This document shows positions 30,233 through 39,777 of a stretch of DNA of 64,000 nucleotides, one piece after another. This DNA comes from an uncultured Faecalicoccus sp. Lineage in GTDB: Bacteria > Bacillota_I > Bacilli_A > Erysipelotrichales > Erysipelotrichaceae. The notes below the pieces were generated by a model that saw nothing but the letters and a program-made list of their open reading frames with translations, did no database searches and was not told where the DNA came from. How positions within the stretch are numbered: the stretch's first letter is position 1; every line of letters starts with the position of its first letter. The stretch lies in the NCBI RefSeq assembly GCF_944325745.1, contig NZ_CALVBG010000001.1, positions 1,751-65,750 on the forward strand, read 5' to 3'. The position numbers and the translations under genes are program-made.

Positions 30233-30963
30233 AAAGTGTCATCCTTTCTAAGAACGATCTTATCATCGTCAGTTAAAGTAAATGTCAGCTTTTTTTGGTA
30301 GATCAAATCCAACACTGCCAAAAAAGTCACGATCAACATGTGAAGATCTGTGCAGTCGTCACAGAGATCATCAAAAAAGATGGGCCCCTGTAAAGCTTGG
30401 ATCCGTGGCAAGATCATAGCGCGCCGATCTTCTAAAGACATTTCTTTGATCGTAACCTTGGTCTCATAAGGTTCCAACAGGATCTTGCGCTGTATCACCC
30501 GATTCATGGCTTTCATCAATTCATAAGGTGACTGCAAGGATAATTGATCTTGCTGTATCGGGATCGACCATTGCGAAGCCATAGAAGCTTGCGGCCGAGT
30601 ATAGTGTAATTGACGTTTTTCATAAGAATCTTTAAGCTCCATCGTTACTTCTTTAAACTTCTGGTATTCCAACAACCTTGATACCAAACGATTTCGCTCT
30701 ACTTCTTCATAATCATCATCCACTACGACTTCTTCTCTTGGCAGAAGTTTTCGACTTTTATATTCAATTAAACTGCTGAGTTCAATCAGATATTCACTTG
30801 CGACTTCCAGATGCATATCTTCCATTTGATGGATGTAATGAATATATTGATCCGCTAGTATGAGCATATCTAGATCAAAGAGATCCAACTTGTTTTCTTT
30901 GATCAGATGCAGCATTAAATCCAACGGTCCTTCAAACTGATCGATTGTGATTTTAAATTCCAT
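30229..30963 (-). CDS. scpA: Segregation and condensation protein ScpA
   Basis: FEGPLDLMLHLI, ASEYL, KSRKLLP, FLAVLDL. Confidence 0.95.
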   Translation of the reverse strand: MEFKITIDQFEGPLDLMLHLIKENKLDLFDLDMLILADQYIHYIHQMEDMHLEVASEYLIELSSLIEYKSRKLLPREEVVVDDDYEEVERNRLVSRLLEYQKFKEVTMELKDSYEKRQLHYTRPQASMASQWSIPIQQDQLSLQSPYELMKAMNRVIQRKILLEPYETKVTIKEMSLEDRRAMILPRIQALQGPIFFDDLCDDCTDLHMLIVTFLAVLDLIYQKKLTFTLTDDDKIVLRKDDTL

Positions 30964-31073
30964 ATTATCACCGTTTTAAAGTATACCAAATTTTAGTGAA
31001 ACAAGAAAGAATTGAGAGGATGCGCAAACATAAGATTTATGATATGATGATACCACTTCAAGGGGGTGACGGA

Positions 31074-31793
31074 ATGAAAAGAGCATTATGGTTTTTAATC
31101 GTTGCTTTATTTATGGCTTTGATCGTTCAGCCAAATCTTTCTTCCAGTCAAGATCCTCAACTGCGAACCCCGACAAATACGACTTCACAAGCTCGCACAA
31201 ACGATAATATCGACATAGGTTTGTCTAAATCGCAAGCTACGATATGCTTGGATGCAGCGAACGGCGGAAATGACACCGGATATGTGATCAATGATGAAAC
31301 CATGGAAAAAGATCTTAACCTTGCCTTGGTTTTAAAGATCGGCGAGTATTTGTCCCAAGCCGATTATCATGTTGTATATACCAGATCGGATGATACGACA
31401 ATTCAAGAAACAAGTGACAACAGCTCAGAGAACCCAAGAGTTCAAATCGCAAAACAAAACGAGGCTGACTATTTGATCAGTATCCAGATGGCAGATGATG
31501 TGGATACAACGATCAAAGGATATTCATTTTTTACTCATCCCAACGCGGATCTGATCGATCTTGCCAATGCGATCAACGATAAATTGATGGCAATCAACTA
31601 TTCCCGCTTTGACGGACTGGATAGTGATCATTATGATAACTTCTCTATTTTACAAGATTCGGATCTTCCCTCTTTATTGATACAGATCGGATATCTAACA
31701 AATGAACAAGATGTGCAAAATCTAACCGATGAACACTTTCAGGACATGATTGCCCGCGCCATTTCTGAGGCAATTTTAGCACAAATTAACTAA
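31074..31793 (+). CDS. Amidase_3-fold (N-acetylmuramoyl-L-alanine amidase-like) exported protein with degenerate active site
   Basis: N-terminal hydrophobic anchor; LDAANGGNDTG, EKDLNL, YTRSDD, ISIQMA, LLIQIGYLTN. Confidence 0.8.
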   Translation: MKRALWFLIVALFMALIVQPNLSSSQDPQLRTPTNTTSQARTNDNIDIGLSKSQATICLDAANGGNDTGYVINDETMEKDLNLALVLKIGEYLSQADYHVVYTRSDDTTIQETSDNSSENPRVQIAKQNEADYLISIQMADDVDTTIKGYSFFTHPNADLIDLANAINDKLMAINYSRFDGLDSDHYDNFSILQDSDLPSLLIQIGYLTNEQDVQNLTDEHFQDMIARAISEAILAQIN

Positions 31794-31821
31794 GGCTCTC
31801 TTTTCGAGAGCCTTAACTTTT
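31793..31821 (+). terminator. Terminator after amidase-like gene
   Basis: AAGGCTCTC-tttc-GAGAGCCTT hairpin; TGGTATAAT extended -10 for the next operon at 31821-31829. Confidence 0.6.
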
Positions 31822-31857
31822 GGTATAATGAAAATCAATGAAAGAAGATGTAAGCTC

Positions 31858-32376
31858 ATGGAAGAAAAGATAATTTACAAGGGATTGATCTTCACTTTGA
31901 ATCAAAAAACCGTAAAGATAAAAGGCAAAGATTATCTTCGAGACATTATTCGTCATCCAGGTGGTGTGGGCGTTTTAGTGATCATCGACCAAAAAATTCT
32001 GTTGGTTCAACAAATGAGACCTGCCATCGATCAAATGACCTTAGAGATCCCTGCCGGAAAACTGGAGTATGGAGAAGATCCTCTAAAAGCCGGTTTGCGA
32101 GAACTCAATGAAGAAGCAGGCTATACATGCAAAGAGTTACAGCTGATTCAATCTTTTGTCTCGACGCCTGGCTTTTGTGATGAAAGAATCTGGATCTATG
32201 AGGCGATCGATCCTATCCCCGTAAAACAACGACTGACCATGGATGAAGATGAAGAAATCGAATGTCAATGGATCCCCATTCATGAAGCTTACGAGATGAC
32301 AAGAAACGGAAAGATCATCGACGCCAAGACGATCATGGCGATCGATCATGCGATCTTAAAGGAGAAAAAAGTATGA
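31858..32376 (+). CDS. NUDIX hydrolase (ADP-ribose pyrophosphatase NudF-like)
   Basis: HPGGV, LEIPAGKLE...RELNEEAG Nudix box, DEDEEIE, DAKT. Confidence 0.88.
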   Translation: MEEKIIYKGLIFTLNQKTVKIKGKDYLRDIIRHPGGVGVLVIIDQKILLVQQMRPAIDQMTLEIPAGKLEYGEDPLKAGLRELNEEAGYTCKELQLIQSFVSTPGFCDERIWIYEAIDPIPVKQRLTMDEDEEIECQWIPIHEAYEMTRNGKIIDAKTIMAIDHAILKEKKV

Positions 32377-33593
32377 ATTTTGTATTGATATCCCCCAACT
32401 ACCCGGATAATTATTGGCTCTTTTGCCGGGGATTAAAAAAGTATGGTGCAACGGTTCTTGCGATCGTGGATACTGCCTATGAAAATTTGAATCCGAATTT
32501 GATTCAAAACATTGATGAATGTTATGTTGTCAATAATTTCAACAATTATGATGAAATGATTCGAGCTGTCGGCTATTTTACTTTTAAATATGGAAAAATC
32601 GACTGGATCGAATCCAATAATGAAGCTTGGTTATCTTTAGATGCTCGCTTGCGGGATGATTTTAATGTGACCACAGGATTTGATTTGAAGACAATCACAG
32701 AATACCAAAGCAAAGCAGCCATGAAAAAATACTACGAGGATGCCGGCATTCCTACCGCAAGATATTATCTGGTGGAAAGTGAGAAGAAAGCTCTCGAATT
32801 TGCTCATAAGATCGGCTATCCCCTTGTATTAAAACCAGATCATGGAGTGGGCGCTTCTTTTACCTATACGATCAAAAATGATGAGGATTTAAAAAAGTAT
32901 CTTCATGTGGCCCCGAAGGTGCAGATGATCTTAGAAGAATACATTGAAGGTGATGTGTTTACACTAGATGGCATTTGCGATGCTCAGGGAACGATTCGTT
33001 ACTTAAATTCTCTAGAATATGTAGGCAACTGTATGGACAGCGTCCAATATCAACAATCGATCGGAGCTTATACAGCTTTTACGATCAGTGATGAATATCG
33101 AGATATTGCCCAGCGTACGATCCATGCCTTTCATTTAAAAAATCGTTTCTTTCATTGTGAATTTTTCCGATTAAGCAAAGAGAAAAAAGGGTTAGGCAAA
33201 AAAGGTACGGTTATAGGATTGGAAGTCAACTTCCGCCCTCCGGGAGGTTTTGCCCCGGATCTGATGAATTATGCCGGATCTTTAGATGTATATGACATCT
33301 GGGCCCAGGTTTTGATCACTCAACAAGGTGATTATATGAATATTGCCAGAGAATCTGCAGGTTTTGCCGGTCGCAGAAATTCAATCTCGTATAAATATCG
33401 TGTTAAAGAATTGGAACAAATGTTCAAGGACCAATGGTTGAGTACGATCTACTTGCCGGAAGCATATGCCGCAACGATGGGAGATGTTACGATCTCTGCG
33501 CGTTTTAAGACCCCGGAAGAAAGAAGTGCCTTTTTCAAGGCCGCTTTTCAGGAAACATTAGGAAAGGATCAGAACAGTGATCTTAAAGTTTGA
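32373..33593 (+). CDS. ATP-grasp domain protein (putative carboxylate-amine ligase)
   Basis: KAAMK, GYPLVLKPDHGVGA, EEYIEG, FHCEFF, LEVNFRPPG. Confidence 0.85.
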   Translation: MNFVLISPNYPDNYWLFCRGLKKYGATVLAIVDTAYENLNPNLIQNIDECYVVNNFNNYDEMIRAVGYFTFKYGKIDWIESNNEAWLSLDARLRDDFNVTTGFDLKTITEYQSKAAMKKYYEDAGIPTARYYLVESEKKALEFAHKIGYPLVLKPDHGVGASFTYTIKNDEDLKKYLHVAPKVQMILEEYIEGDVFTLDGICDAQGTIRYLNSLEYVGNCMDSVQYQQSIGAYTAFTISDEYRDIAQRTIHAFHLKNRFFHCEFFRLSKEKKGLGKKGTVIGLEVNFRPPGGFAPDLMNYAGSLDVYDIWAQVLITQQGDYMNIARESAGFAGRRNSISYKYRVKELEQMFKDQWLSTIYLPEAYAATMGDVTISARFKTPEERSAFFKAAFQETLGKDQNSDLKV

Positions 33594-34341
33594 CAGAATC
33601 ATGACGCAATTCCATGAACAGCGTACGATTCATATGTATCTTCCCGATGACTATCTCTATTCACAAAAAAGATACCCTGTCCTTTATATGTTCGATGGAC
33701 ATAATCTATTCAATGACGAAGATGCAACCTATGGAAAATCATGGAATCTAGCCAATCAGATTCTTTGGAACCAAAAAGAATTGATCGTCGTCGGACAAGA
33801 ATGCAGTCATCATGACAACGATCGTCTCTATGAATACAGTCCTTATCCATTTGCAGATGAAGAATTACAAGCAATGGGTGAAGGCTATGGAGAAGCCACG
33901 ATGGATTTCTTCATCCATGAATTGAAACCTTACATCGATCACCATTTCCCGACTCTTTCACAAAGAGAAACAACTTGGATCGGAGGCTCAAGCTGCGGAG
34001 GGGCCATGGCACTTTATGCGGGAATGCGCCATAACGATGTATATTCTCGTTCATTGGTTCTATCCCCTTATGTGATCCCCACTTCAGAATATTTTCTTTT
34101 AGAAGCGGATCATACCGATTTTGTCGGTCCATCTTCCTTCTATTTCTCCTGGGGTGCTTTAGAAGGATCTACCAAGCATGCTTTTATTCAGGAAACTAAG
34201 ATTGTTACGGAAATCGCAAATCGTCTATTAAAAAAAGGAGCGCATATCCAGTTTAATGTAAAACCAGAAGGCGCTCATACCGAAAGTGACTGGGAACAAG
34301 AGGCTCCCCTGTTTCTGGATTTTTTATTCCAATATGAATAG
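33577..34341 (+). CDS. Alpha/beta hydrolase, putative esterase
   Basis: YLPDDY..RYPVLYMFDGHN, GGSSCGG nucleophile elbow, GAHTE. Confidence 0.85.
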   Translation: MILKFDRIMTQFHEQRTIHMYLPDDYLYSQKRYPVLYMFDGHNLFNDEDATYGKSWNLANQILWNQKELIVVGQECSHHDNDRLYEYSPYPFADEELQAMGEGYGEATMDFFIHELKPYIDHHFPTLSQRETTWIGGSSCGGAMALYAGMRHNDVYSRSLVLSPYVIPTSEYFLLEADHTDFVGPSSFYFSWGALEGSTKHAFIQETKIVTEIANRLLKKGAHIQFNVKPEGAHTESDWEQEAPLFLDFLFQYE

Positions 34342-35431
34342 AAAACCCATCATCAAGCATCTAGATCCATGGAAATCCAAAAGGACGATCGTCATCAGCG
34401 ACATCCATGGCAATCTGGATGCTTATTTAAAATTATTAGACGAATGCGATTATCAAGCCGGAACAGACCGCTTGTTATTGTTGGGAGATCTCATTGAAAA
34501 AGGTCCTAAAAATCTTGAAACGTTACAAACGATCATCCAACAAACCAAACAGGGTGAAGTCCATGCATTGATGGGAAATTGCGACTTTACGATCAAAAAC
34601 GCTTTCCTTTCCTATCGCCTGGACTTTTTAAAACAAATCTTACTGATTCGAAAAAAATCCATATTACACGAAATGGCTTCTGCAATCGGAATGGAATTTC
34701 ATCCGGATACCGATATGGAAGAGTTCTGTCAGAGTTTACGTCGTCAATATTATGAAGAATTGGCGTTTTGTAACGACCTGCCTCATATTCTGGAAACGGA
34801 TTCTATGATCTTTACGCATGCCGGAATCTTGAACGAACAGAATTATGGAGATGATTTTCGAATTCCTATGACCACTCCGCTTTTTTTAGAGTCTGCACCA
34901 AGATTTATAAAAACAGTCATTTGTGGTCATATGCCGGTGACTGAATATCAGCGACATATTGCGCATTTTGATCCGTTATATTCTGCTGAAAAAAATATAT
35001 ACTGCATTGATGGCGGCAATATCGTTAAAAAAGGTGGACAATTAAATGCTTTGATATTCCAAAATCACTATGTAGAAATTAAGCGCTGTGATCTATTAGA
35101 GAAAGCGACCGTTACAGAAGAAGTTCCCTATCATACTCAGATTCCCTTCTTTATGACTTGGAATCATGGTCAAGTTGAATTATTAAAAAAAGAAAAACTG
35201 CAGTCGTATGTCTATTCACCATATATCAACCGGTCTTTTTGGGTGGATAATTCCTTTTTACAAGTACGACATGGTCAACTGTATGCGACTGACTATACAA
35301 ATTATCAAATTCCTCTGCGAGTCAATGATGAAGTAAAAATTGTTCGCGAATATCAAGACCGGGTTCAAATCAAAAAAGACGGTGTTCTAGGATGGTGTTA
35401 TCAATCTCAGCTAAAAAAGCACTCGATTTAG
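34334..35431 (+). CDS. Calcineurin-like metallophosphoesterase with possible C-terminal SH3-like region
   Basis: ISDIHGN, LLGDLIEKG, GNCD, THAG, ICGH, IDGG; tail ending KKDGVLGW. Confidence 0.8.
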   Translation: MNRKPIIKHLDPWKSKRTIVISDIHGNLDAYLKLLDECDYQAGTDRLLLLGDLIEKGPKNLETLQTIIQQTKQGEVHALMGNCDFTIKNAFLSYRLDFLKQILLIRKKSILHEMASAIGMEFHPDTDMEEFCQSLRRQYYEELAFCNDLPHILETDSMIFTHAGILNEQNYGDDFRIPMTTPLFLESAPRFIKTVICGHMPVTEYQRHIAHFDPLYSAEKNIYCIDGGNIVKKGGQLNALIFQNHYVEIKRCDLLEKATVTEEVPYHTQIPFFMTWNHGQVELLKKEKLQSYVYSPYINRSFWVDNSFLQVRHGQLYATDYTNYQIPLRVNDEVKIVREYQDRVQIKKDGVLGWCYQSQLKKHSI

Positions 35432-35446
35432 TCTTCGAGTGCTTTT
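35413..35446. terminator. Bidirectional terminator
   Basis: AAAAGCACTCGA...TCGAGTGCTTTT between convergent genes. Confidence 0.65.
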
Positions 35447-36465
35447 GCTTGTTTTAAATATTCGATCAATTGATCAAGATCTTCCTGGGTAGTTGTCCAA
35501 CTGGTCACAAAGCGAATCGCAATGTTTTGATCTTGTTTTTCCCAAACCTCAAAGTCGACCGCTGATGATAAAAAATCATATTCTTTTTTCGTGACGATTG
35601 GAAAGATTTGGTTGGTATCACTTTTCATTAAAAACGGATACTTCAATTCCGATAAAGCATCTTGTAATTTTTGTGCCATGGAATTCGCATGCTGAGCGAC
35701 ACGATAGAAGGAATCATTTTCAAATAAACCTTTAAATTGAATTCCTAAAAGCCAGCCTTTGGCCATCATTGCCCCATTTTGTTTCATGCAGAAACGAAAG
35801 TAAGGTTTTAACGCGTCATTACAGATCACAACAGCTTCTCCCATCAAAGCTCCATTCTTTGTTCCGCCAATGTAAAAAACATCGCACCAATTTGCCAAAT
35901 CATTTAGCGTATAATCAACACCCGACATTAAAGCTGTGCCCAATCGCGCCCCATCCATATACAAATAAAGATTTAATTCCTTACAAACCGCAACAATGGC
36001 TTCCATTTCGCTTCGAGAGTAGACCGTTCCAAATTCTGTCGAATTCGAAATATATACCATTTTAGGATAGACTAAATGCTCATAAGTCAACATATGTTCA
36101 TCAAACGCTTTGCGAATCAATGCAGGCGTCAGCTTTCCATCGACATTGGGAACAGTGATGACTTTATGGCCTGTTGATTCGATAGCCCCCGTTTCGTGGG
36201 TAGCAATATGTCCGGTATCACAAGAAATCACTGCTTCAAATGGGCGTAAGATAGAGGAAATAACCGTTTTATTGGTTAAAGTACCTCCGGAGATAAAATG
36301 AATATCGACATCATAATCGGGCATTTTTGACTGGATCATCGATCTTGCCTGCGAACACAATTCATCTTCTCCATAACCTACAAAGCTATTTAAGTTGGTA
36401 CAATTTAACAGCTCCATGATTTCTGGAATACAACCTTGTCCATAATCGTTTCTAAAAAATAACAT
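35428..36465 (-). CDS. Low-specificity L-threonine aldolase family PLP enzyme
   Basis: FRNDY, GYGED, GGTLTN, HETGAIE, MDGARL, GGTKNG. Confidence 0.85.
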   Translation of the reverse strand: MLFFRNDYGQGCIPEIMELLNCTNLNSFVGYGEDELCSQARSMIQSKMPDYDVDIHFISGGTLTNKTVISSILRPFEAVISCDTGHIATHETGAIESTGHKVITVPNVDGKLTPALIRKAFDEHMLTYEHLVYPKMVYISNSTEFGTVYSRSEMEAIVAVCKELNLYLYMDGARLGTALMSGVDYTLNDLANWCDVFYIGGTKNGALMGEAVVICNDALKPYFRFCMKQNGAMMAKGWLLGIQFKGLFENDSFYRVAQHANSMAQKLQDALSELKYPFLMKSDTNQIFPIVTKKEYDFLSSAVDFEVWEKQDQNIAIRFVTSWTTTQEDLDQLIEYLKQAKALED

Positions 36466-36482
36466 GTCATCCGCTCCTTTTC

Positions 36483-36508
36483 AAAAAGGAGTACTGTGCA
36501 GTACTCCT
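36483..36508 (-). terminator. Terminator of butyrate operon
   Basis: AGGAGTACTG-CAGTACTCCT hairpin with T tract on minus strand. Confidence 0.7.
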
Positions 36509-36513
36509 AAACT

Positions 36514-38067
36514 TTACTTTTTAAGTCCCATCGGCTGATCTTCGAAAATGCGAGCGTCCATCAGTTTTAAATCCGGTGCAATTGCCGGTTTAAATTCCAT
36601 CTGTCCCAAGACATCTTTTTCAAGATCAACACCTGGAGCAATTTCGGTCAATGTCAAAACCCCATCTAACAGTTCGAAAACGGCACGTTCTGTGATGTAA
36701 AGAACTTTTTGTCCCGTCTGCGCTGCATATTCAGCCGCAAAGGTAATCTGTTCGACCTCATTTTTAAACTTTTTGATTTGTCCTTCTTGGAGAATCTCAA
36801 GTTTGCCATTGCCGATCTTTTCTTTTAGACCTTTGGCAGTAAAGGTACCACAATAGACAACAACAGGAGCTGTCTGCGTGATATTGATAAATCCACCGCA
36901 ACCGGCAATCTTCGGACCAAATCGAGAAACGTTGATATTTCCGTGGCGATCGCATTCTGCCAAACCTAAGAATGCCTGATCCAGCCCGCCGCCATCATAG
37001 AAATCAAACTGATATGGCTGATCGATCATCGCATCTGGGTTCGTACAAGCTCCAAATGCAGTGCCGCTCATAGGAACGCCGCCGATTCCTCCAGTTTCAA
37101 CAGTCAGTTTCAATCCAGGAAGTCCTTCTTCATTGGCTACGTTTGCGATTCCTTCTGGCATACCGATTCCCAGGTTGATGATTGCGCTTGGATCAAGTTC
37201 CATAGCAGCTCTTCGACAAACCACTTTACGAGCATTCAATGGCATCGGTTCAATGGAATCGACAGGGACTCGCACTTCTCCAGAGTAAGAAGGATTGTAT
37301 TCTTGTGAATAAGTTTGCCAATGATTTTCAGGTTTGCCAATAACAAGGGCATCCACATAGATTCCTGGAATCTTTACATCTCGTGCGGACAGCGTACCAT
37401 TCTGTACGATTTCCTTCACCTGAACAATAACTTTTCCACCGGAATTTTTCGCAGCCTGCGCAATGGATAAGGAATCAAGTGTTCCCGCTTCTTGTGTCAT
37501 GACGACATTTCCATCTTCATCGGCGTATGTTCCACGAAGTAAAGCAACATTGACCGGGAAAGATTTGTAACGTAACCATTCTTCCCCATCCATTTCAATG
37601 AGTTCAACAAGATCTTCCGCTTGTCTTGTCTTTTCGTTCATTTTTGCGCCTTCCAAGCGAGGATCCACAAAAGTTTTTAAACCGATTTTTGTGATGACTC
37701 CAGGGCGATGTCCGGCAATTTCACGGAATAATAACGAAATGGTTCCTAATGGCAGGTTATACCCTTCTACTTTATTTTCAAAAACAAGTTTTTGGAATGT
37801 AGGAATCAAACCCCAGTGGCCTACAACGATTCGTTTTAATAATCCTTCATGCCCAAGATGATTCGCTCCTAATTTGTCCGTTCCGTCACCCATTCCAGCT
37901 GAGAACATTACAGTTAGATCGCGCGGATGGCCGGTATTTAAGAAACTGTTTTCAACGGCAATACTCAATTCCTGAGGATGCCCCATTCCAATAAATCCAC
38001 TGATTCCCACTGTATCTCCATCTTTGATCATGGAGACAGCTTCTTCAGCTGATAATATTTTTGCCAT
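36514..38067 (-). CDS. pct: Acyl-CoA:acetate CoA-transferase, propionate CoA-transferase (Pct/YdiF) type
   Basis: Fused family I CoA-transferase, NLGIGMPEG, TVETG catalytic Glu, GGFINI, YITERAVF. Confidence 0.85.
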   Translation of the reverse strand: MAKILSAEEAVSMIKDGDTVGISGFIGMGHPQELSIAVENSFLNTGHPRDLTVMFSAGMGDGTDKLGANHLGHEGLLKRIVVGHWGLIPTFQKLVFENKVEGYNLPLGTISLLFREIAGHRPGVITKIGLKTFVDPRLEGAKMNEKTRQAEDLVELIEMDGEEWLRYKSFPVNVALLRGTYADEDGNVVMTQEAGTLDSLSIAQAAKNSGGKVIVQVKEIVQNGTLSARDVKIPGIYVDALVIGKPENHWQTYSQEYNPSYSGEVRVPVDSIEPMPLNARKVVCRRAAMELDPSAIINLGIGMPEGIANVANEEGLPGLKLTVETGGIGGVPMSGTAFGACTNPDAMIDQPYQFDFYDGGGLDQAFLGLAECDRHGNINVSRFGPKIAGCGGFINITQTAPVVVYCGTFTAKGLKEKIGNGKLEILQEGQIKKFKNEVEQITFAAEYAAQTGQKVLYITERAVFELLDGVLTLTEIAPGVDLEKDVLGQMEFKPAIAPDLKLMDARIFEDQPMGLKK

Positions 38068-38078
38068 GCGAAACCCTC

Positions 38079-38858
38079 CTATTTATTTTTAAATTCTTTT
38101 TCTTTTACCTTATTGACAAAACATTCCATTCCGTATGTCTGATCTTCGGTAGCGAAACAATCCGAGAAACGTTTTACCTCGATCTGGATGCCTCCATCAA
38201 TGTCAGTCTGAAGACCTTCGTTGATTGCTTTTTTTGCCAGGCTAACAGCAATTGGTGCATTTTTCGCAATACCGTTGGCCATTTTTAAAACAGTTGGCAT
38301 CAAATCTTCTGAAGGTACAACAGAGTTGACTAAGCCAATCGCCAATGCTTTGTCTGCTTTGATATTGCGTGCAGTAAAAATCATTTCTTTTGCGATTCCA
38401 GCAGGTACCAGACGAGCTAAACGTTGTGTACCGCCAAATCCAGGTGTAATACCCAATCCGACTTCAGGCTGGCCGAAAACAGCATTTTCGCTGGCAATAC
38501 GAATATCACAGCTCATCGCTAATTCACAACCGCCGCCTAAAGCGAAACCATTGACTGCTGCGATCACTGGGCAATGCATTGTTTCGATCATACGGAAGAT
38601 CTTGTTTCCATATGCACCATATTCGGCAGCTTCTTCTACATTCTTATCCTTCATTTCGGCAATATCTGCACCTGCTACAAAGCTCTTAGAACCTGCTCCA
38701 GTAATGATGGCACAATAGGTATCGGCATCATTTTCAACGGTTTGAACAGCCTCTTCCAAGTCTTTTAAAACCGCTGTGCTCAAAGCATTCAACGCTTTTT
38801 CACGATTGATCGTAATAATAGAGACATGTCCCTGTTTTTCTAAAATAACATTTTCCAT
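38079..38858 (-). CDS. crt: Crotonase (3-hydroxybutyryl-CoA dehydratase)
   Basis: FVAGADI, NGFALGGGCELAMSCD, GQPEVGLGITPGFGGTQRL; start MENVILE. Confidence 0.93.
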   Translation of the reverse strand: MENVILEKQGHVSIITINREKALNALSTAVLKDLEEAVQTVENDADTYCAIITGAGSKSFVAGADIAEMKDKNVEEAAEYGAYGNKIFRMIETMHCPVIAAVNGFALGGGCELAMSCDIRIASENAVFGQPEVGLGITPGFGGTQRLARLVPAGIAKEMIFTARNIKADKALAIGLVNSVVPSEDLMPTVLKMANGIAKNAPIAVSLAKKAINEGLQTDIDGGIQIEVKRFSDCFATEDQTYGMECFVNKVKEKEFKNK

Positions 38859-38926
38859 GGTTATATCCTTTCTTTTTAAAAAAGGCGAAACTGGAACGTT
38901 CCGCCTCAATTTCATCGATTTATCGA

Positions 38927-39763
38927 TTAATATTTGTAGAAACCTTCTCCTGTTTTACGTCCTAATTTACCGGCACGTACCATTTTACGCAACAAAGTAC
39001 TTGCACGATATTTAGAATCGCCTGTTTCATGATACAGTACATCCATGATAGCTTCTACGATATCCAAACCAATCAAGTCTCCTAATGCCAGAGGACCCAT
39101 CGGATGGTTAGCTCCTAATTGCATAGCTGTATCGATATCGCTAGCCGAAGCAATTCCTTCCTGAAGAATGAAAGTTGCTTCATTGATCATAGGTACCAAG
39201 ATACGGTTGACTACGAATCCTGGACCTTCATTCACTTCAACAGGAGTCTTTCCAATGGCTTTAGAAATTTCGATAACTTTGTCTTTTACTTCGGCAGGTG
39301 TATTTGCTCCTGAAATCACTTCAACGAGTTTCATACGATCTGCAGGGTTAAAGAAATGCATACCGATCACAGGATGTTTAACTCCGTTAGCAATTTCTGT
39401 GATACTCAAGCTAGAAGTGTTCGAACCGAAGATGCAGTCGTCTTTAACGATTTCATCTAATTTTGTGAACAGTTCTTTTTTCACGTTCATCACTTCCAAA
39501 ACAGCTTCTACGATCAGATCTGCATCTGCCAAATCTTCGTATACCCCAGCTTTTAAGTTTGCTTTAGCCTGATTGGCAGCTTCTTCTGTAATCTTTCCAC
39601 GAGAAACTAATTTGTCTTTAGAAGCAAAGATCTTATTGACACCATTCTGTGCCCATTCCAATTTCACATCAACGACAGTAACTTGGTTTCCAGCGCTCGC
39701 AAATGCATTTGCGATCCCCTGTCCCATTGTACCGGCGCCAACTACACCAACTTTTAATGTCAT
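38927..39763 (-). CDS. hbd: 3-hydroxybutyryl-CoA dehydrogenase
   Basis: GAGTMGQGIA, SNTSSL, GMHFFNPA, GFVVNR, NHPMGP. Confidence 0.95.
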   Translation of the reverse strand: MTLKVGVVGAGTMGQGIANAFASAGNQVTVVDVKLEWAQNGVNKIFASKDKLVSRGKITEEAANQAKANLKAGVYEDLADADLIVEAVLEVMNVKKELFTKLDEIVKDDCIFGSNTSSLSITEIANGVKHPVIGMHFFNPADRMKLVEVISGANTPAEVKDKVIEISKAIGKTPVEVNEGPGFVVNRILVPMINEATFILQEGIASASDIDTAMQLGANHPMGPLALGDLIGLDIVEAIMDVLYHETGDSKYRASTLLRKMVRAGKLGRKTGEGFYKY

Positions 39764-39777
39764 AGTGAATATCCTCC

